Shown here piece by piece: positions 8,549 through 18,955 of a DNA stretch of 63,221 nt; the stretch's first letter is position 1; each line of letters starts with the position of its first letter. Both the position numbers and the translations under genes were made by a program. Source of the DNA: Leptolyngbya sp. (GTDB lineage Bacteria; Cyanobacteriota; Cyanobacteriia; Phormidesmidales; Phormidesmidaceae); NCBI GenBank assembly GCA_040374235.1, contig JBEIUS010000001.1, positions 1-63,221 on the forward strand, read 5' to 3'. Below the pieces are notes generated by a model that saw only the letters and a program-made list of their open reading frames with translations, searched no databases and was not told the DNA's origin.

Positions 8549-11500
8549 GGGTAGCGGTCTCCAGGCTCAGGTCTTGGATGATCTGGGCCAGCTCCAGGGG
8601 GGTTTCCACCGGCAGGTCGTGGCCCCCCGCCAGGGCAAGGCGGCGAGCCTGGGGCAGGTGGGTGGTAAAAAACGCCAGGTCCTCCGGTCGGTTGAACTGG
8701 CTATGCTGGCCTAACACCAGGCTGGTGGGTAGGGTAATCTGGTCTAACATCTGGCCATAACTCTGGCGGTCTAGCCAGCCCGCCCCCAAGCTAAAGGGGG
8801 TACGGCCCTGGAGACGGGGATCCCAGCGCCAGATCAGGCCCTGGCCATCGGAGACCGGGCTGGTCAGGCGGGCCGCCAGTTGCTCCGCCGCCTCAGAGGA
8901 AAGCTGCGGTTTCAGGGCCTGGAGGCGCTGAGTAGCGGCGGCCAGGTCCTCCATTACCACCGCCTCCATGGGCCTGGCCAGATAGTCCAGGTGGGTGACC
9001 AATTGTTTAGGTAGGCCCTGGCCCGGATCGGGGGCGGGTACCACCGGCTCCACCAGCACCAATCCCCGAAAGCGCTGGGGCCGTAAACTGGCCAGTAGGC
9101 CGCTGAGCACAGCCCCCATGGAGTGGCCCACCAGCAGGAGGGGGCGCTCCTTAGCCAGGATCTGGCTCAATTGGTCGATATCCGCCAGAAAATCCAACAA
9201 TTGATAGCCGCCGTCGGGGCCGGCATGGGCGGAGCGGCCATGGCCCCGCAGGTCAGGAGCGATCACATGGTAGCCCTCGGCGGCCAGGGGATCCGCCACC
9301 CCATCCCAGCTGGCCCCCTGCTCCAGAATGCCATGGAGGCAGAGAACCGACGGCCCCTCCGATGGCCCCCAGTGGCAAAGACAGGTATCCCGCCCCCGCA
9401 CCACCCGGAACTCCTCCCGCAGCTGGGCCAGGGGACGGTGGGGCTGATGGGAGAGCTGCTGCTGGGGGGTAGTTTCCTGGGGGAGGGGGTAGGTAAACTG
9501 GGCGGCGATCGCCTGACTGGCGGTGGTCAACCGCCGGGGCAAGTGGATGGTCTGCCACACCTCCGCCAGGTTGGCCTCAATGTGATCCCGCTGGCGAAAA
9601 TTGGGATCATCCACCGCCAGGGACCGAGCCCGCACCCCATCGGTCATGCGACGACCCTCATAGGGTTTGAGCACCGCCGCATCAAAGGGCAGACCCAGAA
9701 AATCACACAATCGCACCATGGCCGTTTCCGGATCCGCCACCAGGTCTTCATACCGCAGCACCTGGGAACGGCTGGGGTCAATGCCCTGCAGGAAGGTGGT
9801 GATGTTACGGTTACTAGTTTGCCACACCTGCTCTGCCAAGCCGTAGGGATCGGCGCTATCCAGGTCAAAGATCTTGTGCATGCGGTTGCGCACAAAGGAG
9901 TCCATCACCGCGTAGGGATGGCGCACCAGATGGATATATTTCGCTCCGGCGAAAACCTGTTCCGCCCGCTTTAAGGTCTCCAGACTGAGGCTATAGGTGG
10001 GGGACTTATCCACCAGGCGACGGGGGGCGGCCATTTGTTGCAGTTTGTCGTAGACCGCCGGCATGGTCAGATGGTGCTGGCGCCACTCCGCCAGCAAGGT
10101 TTCCGCTTGATCCGCATCCAGTTGCATGAGTTCCATGACCGCTCGCTGCAGCCCCTCCTGCAGATAGGTGCTGCCCAGGGCCAGTTGTTGAGCCTCCAGG
10201 GTATTGAAGGGTAGCAGGTGCAACTCCGGGGGGCAAAACAGATCGGGGTGCCCCGCCAGCATCACCCGCAACAGGGTGGAGCCAGAGCGAGGGGCGGATA
10301 GGAGAAAAATCATACTGCCGTTGCGTTGGCTGGGCAACGGATCGAGGGGGGCGGGAGCTTGCCAGGGGTGGGCTGGTAGCGGCTCCACTCCATCCAGCTG
10401 GTTGTCTGTGGCAGGTTGGGAACTGGCATCGGCCCCCTCACCCCGCTCCAATTCCTGGGTTAGATAGCGGGCTAGATCCTGCAGGGTAGGATGGGCCATC
10501 ACCTCCCGGGGATAGAGTAGCAGGTGTAAATCCTGTTTACACAGGGCTAGCAAATCCATGGTCATGAGGGAGTCTAGCCCCAGGTCCAGCAGCGATCTGT
10601 CCAAGGGTGGTGGATCCTGTCGGCCCATCACCACCGCCAGCTGGGTTTGCAAATACTGCTCCAGGGCGGTTCTCCGGTCTACCGCTGGTAAGGCCAACAG
10701 TCGCTGGCGCAGCGGCGGCTGGGTAGAGTCCCCAGCCTCCTGCACCGGGGGCTCCGCCATCAACAACTGGCTAAATACCGGCGGCACCGCCAGCAGGTAA
10801 CGCTGCAGACGGGCCCAATCTAGACTAGCAATGCCCAGGTGGGCGGGGAAATCGGGGGCGGATAACAGTGTCCCTAACCACCCCAGCCCTACCGCCGCCG
10901 GCATCAGAGTTAGGCCCCGCTGCTGCCATCCCCCCTCGGATTGCTCCTGATCCCGGGCCATGCCCGGGCCCTGCCAGGGCCCCCAGCTAATACTCAGGGC
11001 CGGCAACCCCTGCTGCCGCCGCCACTGGGCCAGGGCATCTAGGCCGGCATTGGCGGCGGCGTAGTTGGCTTGTCCCGGAGAGCCCAGTAGGGACGTGATC
11101 GAGGAAAATAGCACAAACCAATCCAGATCGAGGTTCAGGGTCTGGGTGAGGTGGTGCAGATGCCAGGCCGCCTCCAGTTTAGGGCTCAGGACGGCCCGAT
11201 AGGTGTCGGGAGTTTGGTGGATCAGGAAGCCATCCGCTAACACTCCGGCGGCGTGGAAAATCCCCTTTAGAGGAGGGGACTGGGCCTGCAGGCGAGTCAG
11301 CGCCTGAGCCAGGGCAGTGCCATCGGCCCCGTCCACCGCCTCCACATGGACCGTCGTCCCCGCCTGGGTCAGACGGGTCAGGAAGGGTTCTAGATCGGCG
11401 GACGGACCACGGCGACTCAGCAGCACCAGGTGACGTGCCCCTTGGGCTACTAACCAGTGGGCTAGGTGTTGGCCCAATCCACCGGTGCCGCCGGTGATCA

Positions 11501-14500
11501 GGTAGGTGGCCTGGGCATCGAGGCTGGGACCTGCGGAGGCAAGGGCTTGCCGTTCGGACCACCTTTGTAAACGGGGCACCCAGAGCTGGGTGTTCCGGAG
11601 GGCTACTTCATCTTCCCTAGACTGGCTTTGAATATGGCTAACCAGGACGGCAGCTTGGGGATCTCCATCGGGGCCAGGTCTGAGGTCCACCAGGCCACCC
11701 CAAAGTTCCGGGTGTTCTAGGCGTAGGGTGCGACCCAGTCCCCAAAGGACGGCTTGATCAGGGGTTAGCAGGGGATCCTCAGGCCCCGTTGACTGGGCGC
11801 CGGTGGTAATCAACCAAAGTTTAGCTGGTTGGGGATGGTGGGCCAGGGCTTGAATCAGGCTGAGCAGCGCCGTCTCTCCCCTTGGGTCAGGTGCTTCAGG
11901 GGCCAGGTAGAGTACCTGAAGCGCCCCATCCCCCAGGGTCGAGAACAGGGGTTGCCAGGGTTGGGGGGCTTGGGGATCGACGAAATAATGGTCAGGCGGT
12001 ACCGGCTGACCCCAGGTGGCTCGCTCTACCTTACTGCCCAACTGGCTGAGGACCTGCTGCAGCGATCGCCCGAGGGCCGCCTGGTCGCCCACCACCAGCC
12101 ACCGGTGGGGGCTGGGTCGGGGTGGCGGGGGCAGGGCCTGGGGTAGCCAGGCCAACCGGTAGGCCTGACTGGGATGGGAGGCGGGGGCGATCTCCGGCGG
12201 GTCGATCCAATAACGCTGGCGCTGAAAGGCATAGGTGGGTAAATCGACCCTACGGCGGCCATAGGGTCGATCAAAGTCCTGGCCGTCGATTGCTACCCCC
12301 GCCAGGTATAGCTGAGCCAGGGTAGTACCCAGTACTACCCAATCCTGACGCTGGCGGGCCAGACAGGGAAACCACTGGGTTTCAGCCGCTGCTAGGCATT
12401 GTTGACCCAGGCCAGAGAGGACGGGATGGGGACCGATTTCTAGGAAATGGCGATAGCCTTGCTGGTAGAGGGTGGCTATACCGGCGGCAAACTGCACCGG
12501 CTGTCGGGCATGGTGCCGCCAATAGGTGGCATCGGGCACTTCTCCGGGGCCAAACAGTTGACCGGTGAGATTGGCGACCAGGGGAACTTGGGGAGGCTGA
12601 AAGGTTATCTGGCGGGCTAGGTGTTCGAATACATTCAGGATAGGATCCATCTGGGCTGAGTGAAACCCATGGGACACGGTCAGGGGGGTGACCATCAGCT
12701 GGCAATCGTGACAGACCTCCAGCAGGGCCTTCACCGCCTCCCGTTCCCCCGCCACTACCGTGTTCTGGGGACCGTTGAGGGCGGCGATCGCCACCGCCTC
12801 GCCGAAGGGCGCCAGCATCGCCGCCACCGTCTCCCCATCCGCCAGGATCGCCGCCATCATGCCATCCGCCGGTAGGGACTGCATCAACTGTCCCCGCTGG
12901 GCCATCAGTTTAAGCCCGGTTTCCAGGTCAAACACCCCGGCTACACAGGCCGCCACGTATTCCCCAACGCTGTGGCCCAGCACCGCCGCCGGTTGCACCC
13001 CCCAGGACCGCCACAGGGTGGCCAGGGCATACTCGAGGGCAAACAGGGCTGGCTGGGTGTAGAGGGTTTGGTGCAGGCGATAGTCCTCCGGAGAGTCGGG
13101 GTAGATCACCGCCAGCAGGGAGTCCTCCAGGTAGGGCCGCAGGATTTCATCGCAGCGGTCCAGGGTAGCCCGAAATACCGGCTGGGTTTCGTAAAGCTGG
13201 CGGCCCATGTCAGGGTATTGACTGCCCTGACCGGTGAACAGCCAGACCAGGGGGGGCGCCTCCGAGGGGCAAGGCAATGCGGTTTGCAGGCTGCTAACTG
13301 GCTGGCCCGCCGCCAGGGCCCTCAGGGACTCCACCAGGGTGGCGGGGTCCCTCACCCAGGCGGCGCAACGGTAGGTAAAGGCGGTGCGATCGCTGTTGGC
13401 GCTATAGCAGAAATCCCCCAATTGATCAGGGGCTAGGCGGGAGAGGCATTCTCCATACTGGCGAGCCAGTTGGCGGAGGGCGGCGGGGCTACGGGCGGAG
13501 AGGGTAAACAGATGGCCGGGGCGCTGCGGAGTTGCCACCGGGGAGATCATCTGGGGCGTCGCTGACGGCGCGGCCTGCAACACCAGGTGGGCATTGGTGC
13601 CACCAAAACCAAAGGAGCTGACTCCGGCGATCGCCTGGGGGGAAAACTGCGCCCAGGGTTCCACCTGGGTCTGCACCTGCAGCGGCAACTGCTCAAAGGG
13701 AATATAGGGATTGGGCTGGTGGAAATGGAGACTGGGCACCCAGGTCCGGTGGTGCAGACAGAGGGCCGCCTTGATTAACCCGGCGATGCCGGCGGCGGCC
13801 TCGGTATGGCCAATGTTGGTTTTCACCGATCCCAGACGGATTGGGGGGGCTTGATCATGGCTCGAGCCAAACACCTCGCCCAGAGCCTTGGCCTCAATTG
13901 GATCCCCCAGTAGGGTGCCGGTGCCATGGGCCTCAATATAGCTAACCTGGGCCAGGGGCACCCGCGCCTGGTGGTAGGCCTGTCGCACCACCGCGGCCTG
14001 GGCTTTGCGATTAGGGGCGGTCAGGCCATTACTGCGGCCATCCTGGTTGATGGCCCCGCCCCGGATCAGGGCATAGATGCGATCGCCCTGGGCCAGGGCC
14101 TGGGAGAGAGGCTTTAACACTACCACCCCCGCCCCCTCAGCCCGGACAAAGCCGTTGGCTGCCCCATCAAAGGCCCGGCAGCGACTGTCGGGGGAGAGAG
14201 CCGTGAGCTTACTAAAGCCAATGGTGAGGGCGGGGGTGAGGATGACGTTGACCCCCGCCGCCAGGGCCAGGCTGGACTCTCCCCGCCAGAGGCTCTGACA
14301 GGCCAGGTGCACCGCCACCAGGCTGGAGGAACAGGCGGTATCCACCGTTAGGCTGGGGCCCTGCAAATTTAATAGGTAGGAGAGACGATTGGCCAGCATG
14401 GTGGAGGCCAGACCCGTAGCGGTGTAGGGGCCAATCTGATCGGCCTGCAGCAGCAGATGCTGACCGTAGTCAAGGGTGGAGGCACCCACAAATACACCGG

Positions 14501-14933
14501 CCTGGGTTCCCCCCAGGGTGTGGGGCAAAATTCCCCCGTCCTCCAGGGCCTCCCACATCACCTCTAGCAGCAACCGTTGCTGGGGGTCAATGTAGGGAGC
14601 CTCCCGGGGGGCAATACCGAAGAAATCCGGGTCAAACCGGTCAATATGATCGAGAAACCCGCCCTGACGGCAGTAGTGTTTACCCGGTTGATTTGGATCG
14701 GCATCGTAAAACTCCTCGAGGGACCAGCGATCGCTGGGAATATCCCCAATCGCATCCTGTCCCTGGATGAGGAGCTGCCAGTAGGCGGCCAGTTGGGGGG
14801 CACCGGGGAAGCGACAGCCCATACCCACAATGGCGATCGGTTCTGGCACCCCCCGCTGGGCCCCCAGACGCAGATCCAGCAGACATTTTTGCCGGGGAGA
14901 AAGCTGGGCAATTCGTTGGGCCAGATCGTTCAC
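8541..14933 (-). CDS. ols: Type I PKS KS-AT-KR-ACP-sulfotransferase-thioesterase (olefin synthase, CurM-like module)
   Basis: KS DTACSSSL/HGTGT/NIGH; AT GHSVG/HGFHS; KR GGTGGLG/YAAAN; ACP LGLDSL; ST SAPRSGSTLLR; TE GHSMG; GTG start at 14933 with AGGAGG RBS. Confidence 0.92.
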   Translation of the reverse strand: MNDLAQRIAQLSPRQKCLLDLRLGAQRGVPEPIAIVGMGCRFPGAPQLAAYWQLLIQGQDAIGDIPSDRWSLEEFYDADPNQPGKHYCRQGGFLDHIDRFDPDFFGIAPREAPYIDPQQRLLLEVMWEALEDGGILPHTLGGTQAGVFVGASTLDYGQHLLLQADQIGPYTATGLASTMLANRLSYLLNLQGPSLTVDTACSSSLVAVHLACQSLWRGESSLALAAGVNVILTPALTIGFSKLTALSPDSRCRAFDGAANGFVRAEGAGVVVLKPLSQALAQGDRIYALIRGGAINQDGRSNGLTAPNRKAQAAVVRQAYHQARVPLAQVSYIEAHGTGTLLGDPIEAKALGEVFGSSHDQAPPIRLGSVKTNIGHTEAAAGIAGLIKAALCLHHRTWVPSLHFHQPNPYIPFEQLPLQVQTQVEPWAQFSPQAIAGVSSFGFGGTNAHLVLQAAPSATPQMISPVATPQRPGHLFTLSARSPAALRQLARQYGECLSRLAPDQLGDFCYSANSDRTAFTYRCAAWVRDPATLVESLRALAAGQPVSSLQTALPCPSEAPPLVWLFTGQGSQYPDMGRQLYETQPVFRATLDRCDEILRPYLEDSLLAVIYPDSPEDYRLHQTLYTQPALFALEYALATLWRSWGVQPAAVLGHSVGEYVAACVAGVFDLETGLKLMAQRGQLMQSLPADGMMAAILADGETVAAMLAPFGEAVAIAALNGPQNTVVAGEREAVKALLEVCHDCQLMVTPLTVSHGFHSAQMDPILNVFEHLARQITFQPPQVPLVANLTGQLFGPGEVPDATYWRHHARQPVQFAAGIATLYQQGYRHFLEIGPHPVLSGLGQQCLAAAETQWFPCLARQRQDWVVLGTTLAQLYLAGVAIDGQDFDRPYGRRRVDLPTYAFQRQRYWIDPPEIAPASHPSQAYRLAWLPQALPPPPRPSPHRWLVVGDQAALGRSLQQVLSQLGSKVERATWGQPVPPDHYFVDPQAPQPWQPLFSTLGDGALQVLYLAPEAPDPRGETALLSLIQALAHHPQPAKLWLITTGAQSTGPEDPLLTPDQAVLWGLGRTLRLEHPELWGGLVDLRPGPDGDPQAAVLVSHIQSQSREDEVALRNTQLWVPRLQRWSERQALASAGPSLDAQATYLITGGTGGLGQHLAHWLVAQGARHLVLLSRRGPSADLEPFLTRLTQAGTTVHVEAVDGADGTALAQALTRLQAQSPPLKGIFHAAGVLADGFLIHQTPDTYRAVLSPKLEAAWHLHHLTQTLNLDLDWFVLFSSITSLLGSPGQANYAAANAGLDALAQWRRQQGLPALSISWGPWQGPGMARDQEQSEGGWQQRGLTLMPAAVGLGWLGTLLSAPDFPAHLGIASLDWARLQRYLLAVPPVFSQLLMAEPPVQEAGDSTQPPLRQRLLALPAVDRRTALEQYLQTQLAVVMGRQDPPPLDRSLLDLGLDSLMTMDLLALCKQDLHLLLYPREVMAHPTLQDLARYLTQELERGEGADASSQPATDNQLDGVEPLPAHPWQAPAPLDPLPSQRNGSMIFLLSAPRSGSTLLRVMLAGHPDLFCPPELHLLPFNTLEAQQLALGSTYLQEGLQRAVMELMQLDADQAETLLAEWRQHHLTMPAVYDKLQQMAAPRRLVDKSPTYSLSLETLKRAEQVFAGAKYIHLVRHPYAVMDSFVRNRMHKIFDLDSADPYGLAEQVWQTSNRNITTFLQGIDPSRSQVLRYEDLVADPETAMVRLCDFLGLPFDAAVLKPYEGRRMTDGVRARSLAVDDPNFRQRDHIEANLAEVWQTIHLPRRLTTASQAIAAQFTYPLPQETTPQQQLSHQPHRPLAQLREEFRVVRGRDTCLCHWGPSEGPSVLCLHGILEQGASWDGVADPLAAEGYHVIAPDLRGHGRSAHAGPDGGYQLLDFLADIDQLSQILAKERPLLLVGHSMGAVLSGLLASLRPQRFRGLVLVEPVVPAPDPGQGLPKQLVTHLDYLARPMEAVVMEDLAAATQRLQALKPQLSSEAAEQLAARLTSPVSDGQGLIWRWDPRLQGRTPFSLGAGWLDRQSYGQMLDQITLPTSLVLGQHSQFNRPEDLAFFTTHLPQARRLALAGGHDLPVETPLELAQIIQDLSLETATHV

Positions 14934-14944
14934 AGGCCTACCTC

Positions 14945-17221
14945 CTAGTTCCACTCAATGCTTGATGTACCCAACAGGGCCTGCAGTTCCGTCCCGGAAA
15001 GGTGGACCAGCTGCTCTAGCAACTGGTCTACTTCCCCATCCTGCAGGGGATCGGGCACTGAGGTGGGCGGGGGCCCCGCTAGGGGCACTGAATCAGCGGT
15101 CAGGTAGGCAGAGAGGGCGGCAATGGTGGGATATTCGTAGGCTAGGGTGGGGGAGAGGGGCACCCCCAGGGTGGATTGTAGGGCCTCCGCCAGTTCTACG
15201 GCGGCAATGGAGTCCAGGCCGTATTCCGCCAGGGGCCGCTGCACATCGATGGCGGCGGTGGACTGCTTCAGGGTTTGGGCCAGCCACTCCACCATCCAGG
15301 CCATCAGGGCGGAACGGGAGAGTTGGGGCGGGGGGGGCGGGGGTGTGGCCAACGCTGGAGTTAGCTCCGCCCCAGCGTTAACCTCAGCGGTCGAGGGGGC
15401 GGCCACCGTCGCCTGGCTGGCCTGCCAGCTATGCACCACCGGCAGATCATCGGCTAGAAAGTCGGCCCGGCAGCGATGGCGCTGGATTTTGCCACTGGAG
15501 GTTTTGGGGATGGCGTTGGGACGCAGCAGGGCGATCGCCCCCACCTGCACATCATGCTGTTCCGCCACCCGCCGCCGAATCGCCGCCAACACCGCCTCCC
15601 CATCGAGGGACCGTAGGGCGGTACGCTCCAGTTCCTGGACAATCACCAACTGCTCGCCCCGCTCCGGGGTAGGGCCGTCGAGGCGGAGGGCAAAGGCCGC
15701 ACAGGCCCCCCGGGTCAGGGCCGGGTGGGCCGCCATCACCGTGGCCTCAATGTCTTGGGGATAGTGGTTACGGCCCCGGATGATAATTAGGTCCTTGAGG
15801 CGACCGGTGACGTAGAGGTTACCCCCCCGCAAAAAGCCCAGGTCGCCGGTGCGCAAAAAACAACCCGCCTGGCCCTCCGTCAACTGGGCCTGAAAGGTTT
15901 CCTGGGTGGCGGTGGGGCGTCGCCAGTAGCCTTGGGCCAGGCTAGGGGAGGGGCGTATCCAGATTTCCCCCACCCGATCGGGGGGACAGGGCCGGTGGGT
16001 CTCGGGATCGACAATCCAAACCTGATCGGGGCTATCAGCCTGGCCACAGCTAACCAGCTTGACCTGACGCGGAGCGGCAGTGATCTCTGATCGAGAGACC
16101 GCTGCCAGGTCAACCTGGGGCAAATCAGCCTGGTCGAGGACGGTCACCCGGTTACCCTCCAGGGCGTTGGCATCCAGCACCAGATGGGTGGGAGTCTGGC
16201 CCAGCACCTCGCCGGTCACCATCAGGGTGGTCTCCGCCATGCCGTAGCAGGGGTAGAAGGACTCAAGCCGAAACCCGCTGGGAGCAAAGGCGCGGGCAAA
16301 GGTCCTGAGGGTGTCGGGGTGAATTGGCTCAGCACCGGTGAAGGCCAGTTGCCAGCTGCTGAGATCCAGGGCCTGCCGCTGCTCGGGAGTGGTTTTACGC
16401 ACACAGAGGTCGTAGGCAAAGTTGGGGGCCCCACTGGTGGTGGCCTGGTAGTGGGCGATCGCGGCTAACCAATGGAGGGGGCGTTGCAGAAAGGCCACCG
16501 GCGCCATCAAAGTCATCTCGGCGCCAACGTAAAGGGGTTGGAGAATGCCCCCCACCAGCCCCATGTCGTGATAGGGCGGCAACCAGGATACCCCCCGGCT
16601 GCTAGCGGTGTTGCCAAAGCGACGACTGATCAATTCTGAGTTATGCGATAGGTTGCCATGGCTGACCATCACCCCCTTAGGAGCGGCGGTGGAGCCGGAG
16701 GTATACTGCAGCAGGGCCAGTTGGTCGGGACGTGGCCGGTGGGGCCGCCAGTCTGATGCCAGGCTGCTTTCTAAGCCATCGGTACTGAGGCAATACAGGG
16801 ACTTCAGCCCCGGGGACTGGAGTAATTGGCGCTCTAGTTTCTCCAGGGTGCCTCCATCGGTGAGGGCCACCGTTGCCCCGGTGTCCTCCACAATGGCCTG
16901 AATTCGATCAAGGGATCGGTTGGGGCGGGGGGGATAGGCCGGCACCGCCAGGGCCCCGGCGTAGAGGCAACCAAAAAAGGCGGCGATGTAATCCAGCCCG
17001 GCGGGATAGAGCAGCAGCACCGGTTGATCCTGACAGCGCAGATCCTGCAGCAAGACGGCGATAGCCTGGGCCCGTTGGCGCAGATCGGCGTAGGTCAGAT
17101 CCTGGGCCGTGGTCGGAGTACCATCGGCTAGGAATCGATAGAGCAGTCGATTGGGGGTCTGTTCTGCCCGTTGATCGAGGATCTCCACCAGGGTAGTCGC
17201 CGCCACAGATAGCTGTGTCAT
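14945..17221 (-). CDS. Fatty acyl-AMP ligase-ACP didomain (loading part of the split olefin synthase)
   Basis: QYTSGSTAAPKG, YGMAETTL, LRTGDLG and KTSSGKIQR; ACP YGLDSI; ATG at 17221 with GGAGG upstream. Confidence 0.92.
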   Translation of the reverse strand: MTQLSVAATTLVEILDQRAEQTPNRLLYRFLADGTPTTAQDLTYADLRQRAQAIAVLLQDLRCQDQPVLLLYPAGLDYIAAFFGCLYAGALAVPAYPPRPNRSLDRIQAIVEDTGATVALTDGGTLEKLERQLLQSPGLKSLYCLSTDGLESSLASDWRPHRPRPDQLALLQYTSGSTAAPKGVMVSHGNLSHNSELISRRFGNTASSRGVSWLPPYHDMGLVGGILQPLYVGAEMTLMAPVAFLQRPLHWLAAIAHYQATTSGAPNFAYDLCVRKTTPEQRQALDLSSWQLAFTGAEPIHPDTLRTFARAFAPSGFRLESFYPCYGMAETTLMVTGEVLGQTPTHLVLDANALEGNRVTVLDQADLPQVDLAAVSRSEITAAPRQVKLVSCGQADSPDQVWIVDPETHRPCPPDRVGEIWIRPSPSLAQGYWRRPTATQETFQAQLTEGQAGCFLRTGDLGFLRGGNLYVTGRLKDLIIIRGRNHYPQDIEATVMAAHPALTRGACAAFALRLDGPTPERGEQLVIVQELERTALRSLDGEAVLAAIRRRVAEQHDVQVGAIALLRPNAIPKTSSGKIQRHRCRADFLADDLPVVHSWQASQATVAAPSTAEVNAGAELTPALATPPPPPPQLSRSALMAWMVEWLAQTLKQSTAAIDVQRPLAEYGLDSIAAVELAEALQSTLGVPLSPTLAYEYPTIAALSAYLTADSVPLAGPPPTSVPDPLQDGEVDQLLEQLVHLSGTELQALLGTSSIEWN

Positions 17222-17422
17222 GACCTGCTCACCTCCCATGCCTAGCCGTTGCTTGGGGGGCGCCGATCTCCCCAAGTCTGCGGGAGAATGCCACAACCCA
17301 GCCCATAGCCATAGAAACAGCCCTAATCCTTTGCCAGCCCAATGTGGTATACGTCCTCAATGCAGTCTCTCAAAAACCCCACCTGCTCACCTAAGCCCTA
17401 AATCCAGTCGCCATCCGAGGGG

Positions 17423-17587
17423 CTAGCACCGCCACAGGCTGAAGCATGGGGCCAACCAGAGAATCGCCGGGGGAGCGGGTAACATATCGCCCCGAAAGTC
17501 TAGGAGCTGAACCAGGAGCAGGTAACCCAGGGCCAGGGCCAGGGAAATCGCCCCAGTGAGAATTGCAACCAGTTTAGAACGATCCAT
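17423..17587 (-). CDS. Small single-TM conserved cyanobacterial protein (54 aa), missing from the ORF track
   Basis: Own translation MDRSKLVAILTGAISLALALGYLLLVQLLDFRGDMLPAP...; the LVQLLDFRG-M-PAP motif is one I recall from cyanobacterial small proteins. Confidence 0.75.
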   Translation of the reverse strand: MDRSKLVAILTGAISLALALGYLLLVQLLDFRGDMLPAPPAILWLAPCFSLWRC

Positions 17588-17635
17588 AGGACTTTTGAAT
17601 TAGGGGAAGGGGGTGGCCGTTAGGACCATGATATC

Positions 17636-17653
17636 TTTACCTTTATTTACATT
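17636..17653. promoter_or_regulatory. Putative HLR1 (RpaB) site
   Basis: TTTACCTT-TA-TTTACATT fits two (G/T)TTACA(T/A)(T/A) repeats with a 2-nt spacer (one mismatch); lies in a divergent intergenic region. Confidence 0.5.
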
Positions 17654-17809
17654 GCCACAAAAACACCCCTCCCAGGGCGATGGGGTGGAAAAGTGGTTCT
17701 GACTTCGCTACCGTGGTCTATCAGGCCATACTACCCTGTTTACGGGGGTGTTTAAGAACTCCGGTGGAGGTTTTCCCGGAGGCTAGCCCTTAGCCGATGA
17801 TCCCTATCT

Positions 17810-18784
17810 ATGACGCCTGTACCGCCTTCACTTAACCGTCCCCTACCTCCTGCTGCCAGGGCAATCGCAGTGCAAACCCAGGGGCTCAGCAAAACCTACC
17901 GGGCCGGGTTTTGGCTAAACCAGCGGGTTACTTCCCTGCGGGACTGTAGTTTAACGGTTTATAGCGGTGAGACCTTTGGGTTGCTGGGCCCCAACGGGGC
18001 GGGGAAGACTACCCTTTTGAAGATATTATTGGGGATTTCGCCCCCCAGTGCCGGCACCGCCACGGTGTTAAGTCACCCCCTGGGCGATCGCCGGGGTCGA
18101 AGTCAGCTTGGCTACCTACCCGAAAACCCCTACTTCTATGACTTCCTCACCGGCGCGGAGTTTCTGCAGTATAGCGCCGGCCTGTTTGGCCAGTCCCTAC
18201 CCGCCATCCGCCAACACCAACTGCTGGATCTGGTGGGCTTGTCTCGAGTGGTGGCGGAAAACAAGCGCCTGCGCCACTACTCCAAGGGAATGCTGCAGCG
18301 GATTGGCCTGGCCCAGGCCCTGATTAACGACCCCCAGCTGGTGTTTCTCGATGAGCCGATGGCGGGGCTGGACCCCACCGGTCGGGTACAGGTGCGGGAC
18401 ATTATTCTGACCCTGCAACGACAGGGCAAGACTATTTTTTTTAACAGTCATGTTTTGGCGGATGTGGAGCTGATCTGCGATCGCATCGCCATCCTGGATC
18501 AGGGGGAACTGATCTGCAGCGGCTCCCTCCATCAACTGTTGGGCCCCGCTGATCACTACCTGGCCCGGGGGCAAGGAGGGGACCGGGCCCAGCTACAAGG
18601 TTGGTTATCCCCCCTCACCTGGGAGGACGATCACTGGTCGGGCCAGGTACAGGGCGACCCCTACGGCTTTGTCCAGCAATTGCCCCAGTTGGGGGGCCGA
18701 CTGATCAGCCTGCAGCAAGCCAGACCTAGCCTGGAGGAGTTTTTCATTGCCCAGGTGGGACGGCGGTGGGAAGGGGAAATGTAG
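17810..18784 (+). CDS. ABC transporter ATP-binding protein (ABC-2 type)
   Basis: GPNGAGKTT Walker A, YSKGMLQR signature, FLDEP Walker B, NSH. Confidence 0.92.
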   Translation: MTPVPPSLNRPLPPAARAIAVQTQGLSKTYRAGFWLNQRVTSLRDCSLTVYSGETFGLLGPNGAGKTTLLKILLGISPPSAGTATVLSHPLGDRRGRSQLGYLPENPYFYDFLTGAEFLQYSAGLFGQSLPAIRQHQLLDLVGLSRVVAENKRLRHYSKGMLQRIGLAQALINDPQLVFLDEPMAGLDPTGRVQVRDIILTLQRQGKTIFFNSHVLADVELICDRIAILDQGELICSGSLHQLLGPADHYLARGQGGDRAQLQGWLSPLTWEDDHWSGQVQGDPYGFVQQLPQLGGRLISLQQARPSLEEFFIAQVGRRWEGEM

Positions 18785-18825
18785 GGATAGGCCTGATCAA
18801 GGTATAGCTTTGATTAGGTTACTGG

Positions 18826-18849
18826 GTAGGCGTGCTGGTGCGCCTCTAC
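18826..18849. repeat. Degenerate GTAG-type REP-like palindrome
   Basis: gtaggcgtgctggtgcgcctctac: GTAG...CTAC ends with AGGCG/CGCCT stem. Confidence 0.35.
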
Positions 18850-18955
18850 GTCGTTACCCCCGGCTCCAGCGACAGCACTAACCCGTTGGCCCCAATCCTT
18901 TTGGTGAAGGGGGCAGAGATGTGGGATAACAATAGTATCGATTGGATACTGCCCT

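Noticed and set aside
8541-17221. Toxin or complex secondary-metabolite cluster (curacin-like)
   Set aside because: Only one extension module and no NRPS or tailoring genes; the architecture matches a hydrocarbon olefin synthase
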